Shown here piece by piece: positions 15,060 to 24,004 of a stretch of 32,000 nucleotides of DNA. The stretch covers positions 3,660,001 through 3,692,000 of the forward strand of contig NZ_LN831039.1 in assembly GCF_001457595.1 (NCBI RefSeq), in the 5' to 3' direction. The notes beneath the pieces are model-generated. The model worked only from the letters and a program-made list of their open reading frames with translations. It made no database searches and was not told the DNA's origin. Source of the stretch: Mycolicibacterium smegmatis (GTDB lineage: Bacteria > Actinomycetota > Actinomycetes > Mycobacteriales > Mycobacteriaceae). Within the stretch, counting starts at the first letter, position 1, and each line of letters opens with the position of its first letter. The position numbers were made by a program, and so were the translations under genes.

Positions 15060-16472
15060 ATGAGCAGCACCTTGATCACCGGAGGCACGATCGTCAACGC
15101 CACCGGCACCTGTACCGCGGACGTACTGGTCGATGGCGAGCGGATCGCGGCCGTCTTCGCCCCTGGGACATCGCTGGGTAATCACCCTCCGGTGGTAGAC
15201 CGCACCATCGACGCCACCGGCAAGTACGTCATTCCCGGCGGCGTGGACGCCCACACCCACATGGAGATGCCATTCGGGGGCACGAACGCTTCCGACACCT
15301 TCGAAACGGGGACGCGGGCCGCGGCCTGGGGTGGCACCACGACGATTGTCGACTTCGTCGTCCAGAAGGCCGGGGAGAACCCTCTGGTTCAGTACGAACG
15401 GTGGCAGGAGAAAGCCGCCGGAAAGTGCGCCATCGACTACGGATTCCACCAGATCCTCAGCGACGTGGACGATTCCTCGTTGTCCGCCATGGACGAACTG
15501 GTCCGCGAAGGAGTCACCAGCTTCAAGTTCTTCATGGCCTACAAGGGCGTCTTCCTGTCCGATGACGGTCAGATCCTGCGTGGCATGCAGAAAGCGAGAG
15601 ACAACGGCGCCTTGATCATGATGCACGCCGAGAACGGCAGTGTCATCGATGTCTTGGTCCAACAATCCGTCGCACGCGGTGACACTTCGCCCTACCACCA
15701 TGGGTTGACCCGGCCGTGGCAGGCCGAGGCCGAGGCGACACATCGCGCCATCATGCTCGCCGACATCACCGGCGCCCCGCTCTACATCGTGCACGTCAGC
15801 GCAAAACAAGCAGTCGAACAGATCGCCATGGCACGCGACAACGGGCGCAACGTCTTTGCCGAAACCTGCCCGCAGTACCTCTACCTGTCGCTCGAAGAAC
15901 ACCTCGGGGCGCCTGGTTTCGAAGGCGCGAAGTGGGTCTGCTCGACACCGTTGCGATCTCGCGCCGAGCACCACCAGCAGCACATGTGGCAGGGCCTGCG
16001 GACCAACGACCTGCAAGTTGTCTCGACCGACCACTGTCCGTTCTGTATGAGGGGGCAGAAAGAACTGGGGCGCGACGACTTCTCCAAGATTCCCAACGGA
16101 ATCGGCTCAGTCGAGCATCGGATGGACCTGCTCTACCAAGGTGTCGTGCTCGGCGAGATCTCACTCCCCCGGTGGGTCGAGATCTGTTCGACGACACCGG
16201 CGCGCATGTTCGGTATGTACGGCAGGAAGGGCGTCATTCAACCGGGCGCCGACGCCGACATCGTCATATACGACCCGAAGGGCAAGACCCGCATCAGCGC
16301 CGAGACCCACCACATGAACATCGATCATTCTGCCTGGGAGGGTTTCGAGGTCGACGGGCACGTCGACACCGTCTTGTCGCGGGGACGGGTCATCGTCGAC
16401 GAGAACAGTTTTCACGGCCAGGCGGGCCACGGCGAGTATCTCAAGCGCAGCCTCAGCCAGTACCTCATCTAG
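15060..16472 (+). CDS. dihydropyrimidinase / D-hydantoinase (cyclic amidohydrolase)
   Basis: GGVDAHTHMEMPFGG (HxH), SFKFFMAYKG (carboxylated Lys), MMHAENG, YIVHVS and VVSTDHCPF (Asp) give the full binuclear metal-site signature. ATG 15060 gives the family-typical N-terminus MSSTLITGGTIVN. Confidence 0.9.
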   Translation: MSSTLITGGTIVNATGTCTADVLVDGERIAAVFAPGTSLGNHPPVVDRTIDATGKYVIPGGVDAHTHMEMPFGGTNASDTFETGTRAAAWGGTTTIVDFVVQKAGENPLVQYERWQEKAAGKCAIDYGFHQILSDVDDSSLSAMDELVREGVTSFKFFMAYKGVFLSDDGQILRGMQKARDNGALIMMHAENGSVIDVLVQQSVARGDTSPYHHGLTRPWQAEAEATHRAIMLADITGAPLYIVHVSAKQAVEQIAMARDNGRNVFAETCPQYLYLSLEEHLGAPGFEGAKWVCSTPLRSRAEHHQQHMWQGLRTNDLQVVSTDHCPFCMRGQKELGRDDFSKIPNGIGSVEHRMDLLYQGVVLGEISLPRWVEICSTTPARMFGMYGRKGVIQPGADADIVIYDPKGKTRISAETHHMNIDHSAWEGFEVDGHVDTVLSRGRVIVDENSFHGQAGHGEYLKRSLSQYLI

Positions 16473-16512
16473 CCACAACCGGTCGCGCTTTCACGCAAGG
16501 AAAGGTCTGTCA

Positions 16513-17532
16513 ATGCATTTCGGCATCGTGCTCCAACCCGATCCGCCTGCGTCACGCGTGGTGGAGCTGGCGGTCGCCGCTGAGAACAGAGGGTTCGATT
16601 ACGTCTGGACCTTCGACTCGCACCTGCTGTGGCAGGAGCCTTACGTCATCCACAGCCAGATCCTGTCGGCCACGCGCAACATCATGGTCGGCCCCATGGT
16701 CACCAATCCGCTGAGCCGCGACGTCACGGTCACGGCTTCGACCCACGCCACCTTGAACTCGATGTTCGGCAACCGCACCGTGTGCTCCATCGGACGCGGG
16801 GACAGCGCCGTACGGACCTTGTCCGGAAAGCCGTCGTCACTGGCGACCCTGCGAGCAGCGGTCAAGGTGATCTCGGATCTGGGGAATGGACGCCCGACCG
16901 AGATCAACGGCACCACAGTGCAAATCCCCTGGGCGTCGAAGTCGACCCTCGATGTGTACGTCGGTGCGTACGGTCCCAGGGCACTCGATCTGTGCGGTCA
17001 GGTAGCCGACGGCTTCCTCCTCCAGCTGGCCGACCCCGACATCACCAAATGGATGATCGAACGGGTCAAGAACGCCGCGGCAGATGCCGGACGCAACCCC
17101 GATGACATCAAGGTCTGTGTCGGCGCACCGGCCTACATCGGCGACGACCTCGAACACCAGCGCGATCAATGCCGCTGGTTCGGTGGGATGGTCGGCAACC
17201 ATGTCGCCGACATCGTCGCCAGGTACGGCAGCAGCGGGGCAGTCCCCCAGGCGCTCACCGAATACATCAAAGGTCGCGTCGGTTACGACTACAACGAACA
17301 CGGCCGCGCCGGTAACTCCCACGCCGATTTCGTACCGGACGAGATCGTCGACCGGTTCTGCATCCTGGGACCCGCACCGTCTCACATCTCGAAACTGCAG
17401 GAACTGCAGAAGCTCGGTGTCGACCAGTTCGCCATCTACCTGCAGCACGACGGCCAGGACCACACGCTGGCCGAGTACGGCAGAGCGATCATCCCCGTGA
17501 TCAACCGCCCCGCCGACGCCATCCTCACCTAG
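16513..17532 (+). CDS. LLM-class oxidoreductase of the Mer / F420-dependent type (339 aa)
   Basis: MHFGIVLQP..., GPMVTNPLSRDVTVTASTHATLNSMFGNRTVCSIGRGDSAVRTL resembles the methylene-H4MPT reductase/F420-LLM core (GVTNP..R.P...AS..ATL...GR...GIG.GD) as recalled. SD aaggaaagg. It is embedded between the hydantoinase and the carbamoylase. Confidence 0.85.
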   Translation: MHFGIVLQPDPPASRVVELAVAAENRGFDYVWTFDSHLLWQEPYVIHSQILSATRNIMVGPMVTNPLSRDVTVTASTHATLNSMFGNRTVCSIGRGDSAVRTLSGKPSSLATLRAAVKVISDLGNGRPTEINGTTVQIPWASKSTLDVYVGAYGPRALDLCGQVADGFLLQLADPDITKWMIERVKNAAADAGRNPDDIKVCVGAPAYIGDDLEHQRDQCRWFGGMVGNHVADIVARYGSSGAVPQALTEYIKGRVGYDYNEHGRAGNSHADFVPDEIVDRFCILGPAPSHISKLQELQKLGVDQFAIYLQHDGQDHTLAEYGRAIIPVINRPADAILT

Positions 17533-17559
17533 ACATTCGACGAGACAGGTAACCCCCCG

Positions 17560-18408
17560 ATGACCGTGATCAGAGCAGCAATCACTCAGGTTGAATGGAC
17601 CGGCGACGAGGAGTCGATGGTCGCCAGGCACGAGGCCCTGGCCCGCCGCGCCGCCGAGGCCGGCGCGCAGATCATCTGTTTTCAGGAGCTCTTCCACGGG
17701 CCGTACTTCGGTATCGTGCAAGACGCCAAGTACTACGAATACGCGCAGGCGGTTCCTGGCCCGCTCACCGAGCGGTTTTCAGTACTCGCCAAAGACCTCG
17801 GAGTCGTACTGATCCTGCCGGTCTACGAAGAAGAGATGCCGGGCGTCTACTACAACACCGCAGCTGTGATCGATTCCGACGGAACATATCTCGGAAAGTA
17901 CCGAAAGAACCACATCCCCAACGTCGATCGGTTCTGGGAGAAGTTCTACTTCAAACCCGGCAACCTCGGTTATCCGATCTTCGACACCGCGGTCGGCAAG
18001 GTCGGCGTGTACATCTGCTACGACCGGCATTTCCCCGAAGGCTGGCGCGAATTCGGCCTCGCCGGAGCCGAAATCGTCTTCAACCCTTCGGCCACCAAAC
18101 CCGGTTTGTCCAACCGCCTCTGGGAACTCGAACAGCCCGCTGCAGCCGCCAACAATCAGTACTTCGTGGCCGCCAACAACCGGATCGGTACCGAGAGCGA
18201 AGAATTCGGCGATGACGCCGTCACGTTCTACGGCAGTTCGTACTTCGTGGACCCCCGCGGCAACTACGTCGGCGAGGTGGCCTCGGAGAACGCCGAGGAA
18301 ATCGTCATCCGCGACCTCGACCTCGCGATGGTACGAGCGGTGCGCAACGATTGGCAGTTCTATCGCGATCGCCGCCCCGAATCCTACGAGACCATCCCGG
18401 CGCGTTAG
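17560..18408 (+). CDS. beta-ureidopropionase / N-carbamoyl-beta-amino acid amidohydrolase (nitrilase superfamily)
   Basis: The Glu-Lys-Cys triad context is CFQELF, YRKNHIP and VYICYDRHFPEGW. This resembles the animal/plant-type beta-ureidopropionase segment (…KNHIPRVGDFNES…ICYGRHHP…) as recalled. Confidence 0.85.
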   Translation: MTVIRAAITQVEWTGDEESMVARHEALARRAAEAGAQIICFQELFHGPYFGIVQDAKYYEYAQAVPGPLTERFSVLAKDLGVVLILPVYEEEMPGVYYNTAAVIDSDGTYLGKYRKNHIPNVDRFWEKFYFKPGNLGYPIFDTAVGKVGVYICYDRHFPEGWREFGLAGAEIVFNPSATKPGLSNRLWELEQPAAAANNQYFVAANNRIGTESEEFGDDAVTFYGSSYFVDPRGNYVGEVASENAEEIVIRDLDLAMVRAVRNDWQFYRDRRPESYETIPAR

Positions 18409-18421
18409 GACGAGCGGACAG

Positions 18422-19993
18422 ATGGCCTCCCCAATTGCCCTCGACGCACACGGGCACACCCTGGAACCTTCGTTGTACAACGAGGATCTGCGGCCCATCC
18501 ATCCTCACATGCGCACCTGGACGAGTCGCGTCTATCTGACCCTGTGGGTCGCGATGTGCATGAACCCGGCCACATGGACGCTCGCGGCCTCGCTCATCGC
18601 GTTGGGGATGAACTGGATTCAGGCCCTGCTCACCATCGTGTTGGCGAACCTCATCGTGCTGATTCCGATGCTGCTCAACAGCCACGCCGGCGCCAAGCAC
18701 GGGATCAGCTTTCCGGTGTTCGCCCGTGCGGCCTACGGCGTGCGCGGGGCGAATCTTCCTGCCGTGATGCGCGGGCTCGTTGCGTGCGGTTGGTTCGGCA
18801 TCCAGACATGGTTCGGCGGTCTCGGTCTCAACCTCGCGCTCGGTGCAGCGATCGGACCGTCCTGGTCGCAGGCCGAACCGGTCGACCTCGGATTCATCGG
18901 AACGGTTCCGATCACGACCTTGGTGTGTTACGCCATCTGCCTCGTCGTCCAAGTGGCGGTCATCTACAAGGGTTTCGAATCCCTGCGCCGATTCCAGGCA
19001 ATCGCCGCGCCGATCGTGGTCGGCGCCGTGATGATCCTGATCGTGGTTCTCCTGTTCAAGACCGGCGGCAACCTCGGACCCGTCGTGTCGCAGCCCTCGC
19101 ATCTGGGCTGGGGAGCGCATTTCTGGCTGGCGGTGTTCCCGATCAGCCTCATGGCCAATATCGCCTTCTGGTCGACGCTGTCGCTCAACATGCCTGATTT
19201 CACCAGGTTCGCCGAGAACATGAAGGCACAGCGGCGTGGCCAGTCCTGGGGCCTGCCCACAACCATGCTCGTCGTGTCACTGATGGCGATCATTGCCACA
19301 TCGCTCGCCGCGCAGCACTACGGAGTACCTGCCGGGGACCTGTGGAACCCTGATGTCCTGGTGTCCCACTTCGGCAGTCGCATCGCCGTTTTCGTCGGCG
19401 CACTGGCCATCGTCGTCTCCAGCGTGCAGACCAACATGGCGGCCAATCTGGTCAGCCCGGCGTTGGACTTCGCCAACGCGTTACCCAAGCTCATCACCTT
19501 CCGTCGAGGAGTAGTGGTGTCGGTGGCTCTCGGCACGCTCTTGCTGCCCTGGAAGCTGCTTGCCAGCCCCGAGACCTACGTGTTCGTCTGGCTGGGCTTC
19601 TACGGCGGCATCATGGGTGCCGTGGGAGGCGTGCTGGTGTCCGACTACTGGCTCGCCCGCAAAACCGAACTGCGCGTGCCGGAACTGTTCACGCTCGAGG
19701 GGCACTACCACTTCACCAGGGGGTGGAACGTCCGCGCGGTGATCGCAACGGCCGTAGGCGCATTCGTCGCGGTGGGCGGAGCCTACTCAGCGCTCGGCCC
19801 AGACGGGAAGAAGACCGGCCCCTTCCCCGCCGACGGAGTGGTCCCGCTGCTCAGGCCGCTCTACGACTACAACTGGGTGGTGGCCTTCCTGGTTGCGATG
19901 TTCGTCTACTGGTTGTTGGCGGCACACCGACGGAAACGCCACAGCACCGTGCCGTTTGACGCCGCACCCGAACCGGCGACTGTCAGATCCTGA
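18422..19993 (+). CDS. NCS1-family nucleobase/hydantoin/allantoin:cation symporter
   Basis: YNEDLRPIHPHMRTWTSRVYLTLWVAMCMNPATW is the typical NCS1 N-terminus (N.DL.P....R.W). There are 12 hydrophobic segments. ATG 18422 lies 13 nt after the previous stop. Confidence 0.9.
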   Translation: MASPIALDAHGHTLEPSLYNEDLRPIHPHMRTWTSRVYLTLWVAMCMNPATWTLAASLIALGMNWIQALLTIVLANLIVLIPMLLNSHAGAKHGISFPVFARAAYGVRGANLPAVMRGLVACGWFGIQTWFGGLGLNLALGAAIGPSWSQAEPVDLGFIGTVPITTLVCYAICLVVQVAVIYKGFESLRRFQAIAAPIVVGAVMILIVVLLFKTGGNLGPVVSQPSHLGWGAHFWLAVFPISLMANIAFWSTLSLNMPDFTRFAENMKAQRRGQSWGLPTTMLVVSLMAIIATSLAAQHYGVPAGDLWNPDVLVSHFGSRIAVFVGALAIVVSSVQTNMAANLVSPALDFANALPKLITFRRGVVVSVALGTLLLPWKLLASPETYVFVWLGFYGGIMGAVGGVLVSDYWLARKTELRVPELFTLEGHYHFTRGWNVRAVIATAVGAFVAVGGAYSALGPDGKKTGPFPADGVVPLLRPLYDYNWVVAFLVAMFVYWLLAAHRRKRHSTVPFDAAPEPATVRS

Positions 19994-20038
19994 CCTCCGT
20001 TCGAGTGGCGAGGTACGCACGCTCGTCCTGGGCCGCAG

Positions 20039-20060
20039 GCGCCTGGGCAGCATCAGGCGC
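20039..20060. terminator. weak 7-bp hairpin GCGCCTG-ggcagcat-CAGGCGC between convergent permease genes
   Basis: Seen directly. It overlaps the APC permease stop codon. There is no U-tract. Confidence 0.2.
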
Positions 20061-21498
20061 GCGGTGTCCGATCGGGCGCCGCACGCCCTCCCACCCGAGC
20101 GCCCACCACCACACCCGCGGCGAACGCGGTCACCAAGAGCACGACGATCACCCAGGCCAGCACGCTGGATCTGCCGACGAGGTCACTGAGGTTGCTCAGG
20201 ATGAGTACGAGCGCGCCCACGAGCCCGATCAGGCCGAGCGCCGGTGCGATGCGCACCCGCCACAGCGACTGACCGCGGCGGTCGCGTGCGAAGAACACCA
20301 GCACCGCGACGCTGGTCGCCGTCATCAGCACCACGATGCCCACGGTCGTGGTGCCCGCGAACCACGTGTAGAACTGTGCGGCCGGGTCGAGGCCGAACAC
20401 CACGGCGAGCAGAACACTGAGCGCCACCACGCCGGAGATCCACAGCGAGGCCGCGTGCGGCGACCCGTGTCTGCTGTGCGGCACACTCAGCGAGGCGGGT
20501 AGCACGTCGCGCTGCGACAACGCGAAAACGTAACGCGATGCGACGTTGTGGAACGCCAGGATGCACGCGAACAGGCTCGTGAAGTACAGCACCGTGATGA
20601 TGTCGGCGCCGACGACGCCGATGTAGCGCTGCGCGGTGTCCCCCAGGAACGTGTCGCCGTCGTCGGTGGCGCGGGCGACGGCTGCGTCGTCACCCCAGCC
20701 CGAGATCAGTGACCAACTGGTGACGGCGTAGAACACGCCGATGAGGATCAGCGCGGCATAGGTCGCGCGGGGAATCGTGCGCTCGGGGGCGTGTGCCTCA
20801 TCCCGGAAGATCGCCGTCGCCTCGAACCCAACGTAGCTGATGATCGCGAACAACAGGCCGATGCCCAACGAGCCGGAGAAGATTGCGCCCGGATTGACGA
20901 TGCCAGACGACAGACCGTGATCACCGCCGCGGGCGACGATCACGAGATCCAGCACCAGAACGATCGCGATTTCCGCGGTGAGCAGCACCCCGAGCACCCG
21001 GCTCGACAACTCGATGTTGCGGTATCCGAGGTAGGTGGTGAGCGCGAATGCCGCCGCGGCGAACAGCCACCACGGCAGTGCGGGCCCACCGAGCAGTTCC
21101 ACGACACTGGCGCCCGCCGGCCCCAGCAGGCCGTACACGCCCGCCTCCAACGCGACATAGCTGACCAGGGCGACGAAGGCGATGCCGATACCGGCAGGGA
21201 AGCCCAGCGCCTGCCGAACGTAGGAGAAGAAGGCCCCGGCCTCGTCGACGTACGGCGTCATCGCCGTGAAACCGACCGCGAACAGCAGCAACACCACCGT
21301 CGATGCGATGAAGGTGGCCGGAAATCCTGCGCCGTTGCCCGCGGCGAGCCCGAGCGGCACAACACCGCCGATCACGCCGAGCGGCGCGGCGGCGGCCACG
21401 ACCATGAAGACGATCGCGGTCACGCCCAGATTGCCGCGCAACTGGCGTGAGGATGGTGGCTCGCCCAGGGATTCTGGAACCGTGGTGGTCTCGGACAT
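20053..21498 (-). CDS. APC-superfamily amino acid permease
   Basis: MSETTTVPESLGEPPSSRQLRGNLGVTAIVFMVVAAAAPLGVIGG... with about 12 TM segments. SD AAGGA precedes ATG 21498. The 742-aa track ORF is an Arg-rich upstream extension that overlaps the next gene. Confidence 0.9.
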   Translation of the reverse strand: MSETTTVPESLGEPPSSRQLRGNLGVTAIVFMVVAAAAPLGVIGGVVPLGLAAGNGAGFPATFIASTVVLLLFAVGFTAMTPYVDEAGAFFSYVRQALGFPAGIGIAFVALVSYVALEAGVYGLLGPAGASVVELLGGPALPWWLFAAAAFALTTYLGYRNIELSSRVLGVLLTAEIAIVLVLDLVIVARGGDHGLSSGIVNPGAIFSGSLGIGLLFAIISYVGFEATAIFRDEAHAPERTIPRATYAALILIGVFYAVTSWSLISGWGDDAAVARATDDGDTFLGDTAQRYIGVVGADIITVLYFTSLFACILAFHNVASRYVFALSQRDVLPASLSVPHSRHGSPHAASLWISGVVALSVLLAVVFGLDPAAQFYTWFAGTTTVGIVVLMTATSVAVLVFFARDRRGQSLWRVRIAPALGLIGLVGALVLILSNLSDLVGRSSVLAWVIVVLLVTAFAAGVVVGARVGGRAAPDRTPRA

Positions 21499-21653
21499 CG
21501 TCGACCGTCCTTTGTCGGCAGCGTGAAGGGACGCGCGCAACATTGGTCCGTTCGCGCACCGGTCACCAGATCTCGGTTCAGCGTGCGCAAAACTCGGTCG
21601 TCGTCGCGAGCCCGCTGTCGGGTACCGATCGGCCGCGAGCTCCCGGACCTCAC

Positions 21654-22589
21654 TCAGGCGAGGTGCGTGGTGAACCACTCCTGGATGCGTCGCCACGCGT
21701 CGGCCGCGGCCGTCGGGTCGTAACGGTCGCCGGTGTCGTTGAAGAACGCGTGATTGGCACCGGGTTCGGTGACCAGTTCGTGCACCAGGCCGGCCTTCTC
21801 CAGCGCCGCCCGCGCGACCGGTTCGGTGGCGTTGACCCGCTGGTCGAGCGCACCGTAGAACGCGAGCACCGCGACGTCCTTCGAACCGGCGAAGTCCGGG
21901 TCGTCCGGGGTCGGACCGTAGAACGGTACGGCGGCGGCCAATTGCGGTGTGCCCGCGGCGAGCAGGCGCCATACGAGTCCGCCGCCCATGCAGAAGCCGA
22001 CCGCGGCGAGCTTGCGGTCGGGCGCGCGACGGGACAATTCGTCGATCCCGGACCGCAGGTTGGCGACAAACTCCTCCGGCGGGATCTTGCTCAACGCGGC
22101 GGTGGCATCGGCCGGGTCGGCGAACTGTCCCGTGCCGCCCTGCCCCGAGAGCAGATCGATCGCCAGCGCCGAGTACCCGATGCCGGCGAAGCGGCCTGCC
22201 ACCGAGCGGATGTGGTCGGTGAGTCCCTTGTTCTCGTGGATCACGAGCACAGCGCCGCGGGCGTCGGGGGCCTCGGCCCATGCGCCCTGCAGTTCACCGG
22301 TCGGTCCGGCCCACGTCACCGCCGCGGTGGGCAGCGCAGTCTGCATGCCCGGCGGTTCCGCCGACGGCGGTTGCGTCTCGGTTGTCGGCGGACCTGCGGT
22401 GTCGGTGGTGTTCTCGGTCGTGGCCGTCGTGGTCTGTTCGCGTTCACTGCACGCGGCGATGACGGCGGTGGCCGCGGCCGTGCTCAGTCCGAGCAGGCCG
22501 AGCCTGCGCAGTGCTTCGCGCCGTGACATCAGTCCGTCGAGGTGATCGGTGGCGATTTCTTCTGCGATGTATCGCTGCAGCGGAGTCAC
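21654..22589 (-). CDS. exported dienelactone hydrolase family protein (Tat signal, lipobox, Thr/Pro linker)
   Basis: SRREALRRLGLLGLSTAAATAVIAAC is followed by the TTTATTENTTDTAGPPTTETQPP linker. The alpha/beta-hydrolase body has the GFCMGG nucleophile motif and a late H (GANHAF). Start is GTG 22589 (LQRYIAEEIA... N-terminus seen in homologues as recalled) or ATG 22529. Confidence 0.8.
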   Translation of the reverse strand: MTPLQRYIAEEIATDHLDGLMSRREALRRLGLLGLSTAAATAVIAACSEREQTTTATTENTTDTAGPPTTETQPPSAEPPGMQTALPTAAVTWAGPTGELQGAWAEAPDARGAVLVIHENKGLTDHIRSVAGRFAGIGYSALAIDLLSGQGGTGQFADPADATAALSKIPPEEFVANLRSGIDELSRRAPDRKLAAVGFCMGGGLVWRLLAAGTPQLAAAVPFYGPTPDDPDFAGSKDVAVLAFYGALDQRVNATEPVARAALEKAGLVHELVTEPGANHAFFNDTGDRYDPTAAADAWRRIQEWFTTHLA

Positions 22590-22670
22590 TCTTGCGAGTA
22601 TGCGCCGATATACCGCATCTCGGCTGTCAAACGGGAACTGTGAGACGCCTGGGGGGTTGATACTCGGTGG

Positions 22671-23597
22671 ATGCGGTGGACACCGGATCCCGAGGCGCTT
22701 CGTGATCGCATCGCGGTGGTTGCCGGAGCCACGCGCGGAGCGGGCCGTGGCATTGCCGCGGCGCTGGGCGAAGCCGGCGCGACGGTGTACTGCACGGGCC
22801 GCAGCAGCAGGACCGGAACCTGTCGGTCGGACTACGATCGTCCCGAAACCATCGAGGAGACAGCGGAATTGGTGTCCTCCCTGGGCGGGAAAGGCATCGC
22901 CGTGCCGGTGGACCACCTCGAGGTTGCGCAGGTGCGCGCACTCGCCGAACAGATCGGCGAAGAGCAGGGCCGCATCGACATCCTGGTGAACGACATCTGG
23001 GGTGCGGAGATCCTCAAGGGTCCCCCCGCGACGTGGGGCAGGCCGATGTGGGAACACAACCTCGAAAACGGGTTGCGCCTCCTACGTCTCGGTATCGACA
23101 CGCATCTGATCACGTCGCACTGCCTGCTGCCGCTGCTGGTCACTCGCCCGGGCGGACTGCTCGTGGAGATCTCCGACGGGACAACGGAATTCAATGCCGA
23201 CAACTACCGGCTGTCGGTGTTCTACGACCTGGCGAAGACCGCGGTGAACCGCCTGGCCTTCAGCCACGGGCACGAACTCGCCGCGTACGGCGGCACCGCC
23301 GTCTCGGTGACGCCCGGCTGGTTGCGGTCGGAGATGATGCTCGACAACTACGGCGTGTGCGAATCGAACTGGGAGATGGCGCTCAACCCCGCACGCGGCG
23401 ACGGTCAGCCGATCGCTCCCCCGGGCTTCTCCGAATCCGAGACACCCCGGTTCGTCGGCCGCGGTGTCGCCGCGATCGCCGCCGACCCCGCCCGGACGCG
23501 GTGGAACCAGCAATCGGTGACGTCGACGGAGCTGGCGCGCTGCTACGGGTTCACCGATGTGGACGGGCGCCTGCCCGACGCGTGGGCGCCCATGTGA
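22671..23597 (+). CDS. SDR-family (atypical short-chain dehydrogenase-like) oxidoreductase
   Basis: The Rossmann motif is VVAGATRGAGRGIAAALGEAGATVYCTGR. There is an NDIW segment and a YDLAKTAV (YxxxK) catalytic motif. Confidence 0.8.
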   Translation: MRWTPDPEALRDRIAVVAGATRGAGRGIAAALGEAGATVYCTGRSSRTGTCRSDYDRPETIEETAELVSSLGGKGIAVPVDHLEVAQVRALAEQIGEEQGRIDILVNDIWGAEILKGPPATWGRPMWEHNLENGLRLLRLGIDTHLITSHCLLPLLVTRPGGLLVEISDGTTEFNADNYRLSVFYDLAKTAVNRLAFSHGHELAAYGGTAVSVTPGWLRSEMMLDNYGVCESNWEMALNPARGDGQPIAPPGFSESETPRFVGRGVAAIAADPARTRWNQQSVTSTELARCYGFTDVDGRLPDAWAPM

Positions 23598-23601
23598 AGT
23601 T

Positions 23602-23964
23602 TCAGGTGTTGTACACCAGACAGAACGGGTGACCGGCCGGATCGCGGAAAACCCGGAAGTCGTCCTCGCCGATGGCGTCGGTGACGCGGGTCGCGCCCAG
23701 CTCGAGTACCTGACGTTCGGCGGCGTCGGGATCGTCCACCAGGATGTCGAGGTGCAACTGCTGGGACCCCCGCGGGTCGGGGAACGTCGGCGGTTGGTGC
23801 TCGGGTGAGAGCTGGCAGGCCAGCCGTCGGCCCTGCGGATCTGTCACCACCACCCAGTCGCCCTCGTCGGCGGTGATCTCGCCGCCGATCAACCTGACGT
23901 AGAACTCGGCCAGACTGCGTGGGTCCCGGCTGTCGAGAACCACGGTGCGAAGAGTACCGATCAT
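23602..23964 (-). CDS. VOC (glyoxalase/bleomycin-resistance/dioxygenase) family protein
   Basis: 120 aa. LRTVVLDSRDPRSLAEFY...HLDILVDD...FRDPAGHPFCL is the typical VOC beta-alpha-beta-beta-beta repeat pattern. Confidence 0.8.
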   Translation of the reverse strand: MIGTLRTVVLDSRDPRSLAEFYVRLIGGEITADEGDWVVVTDPQGRRLACQLSPEHQPPTFPDPRGSQQLHLDILVDDPDAAERQVLELGATRVTDAIGEDDFRVFRDPAGHPFCLVYNT

Positions 23965-24004
23965 GGGTTCCGGGTTACCTCAACTTTCGCGGCGCAAACG
24001 TCGG

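Noticed and set aside
21499-23057. Long N-terminal extensions of minus-strand ORFs 20053-22281 (742 aa) and 21654-23057 (467 aa)
   Set aside because: The extensions are Arg-rich nonsense that overlaps neighbouring genes (the DLH and SDR). The family homology, SD sites and signal peptide begin at 21498 and 22589/22529 respectively.
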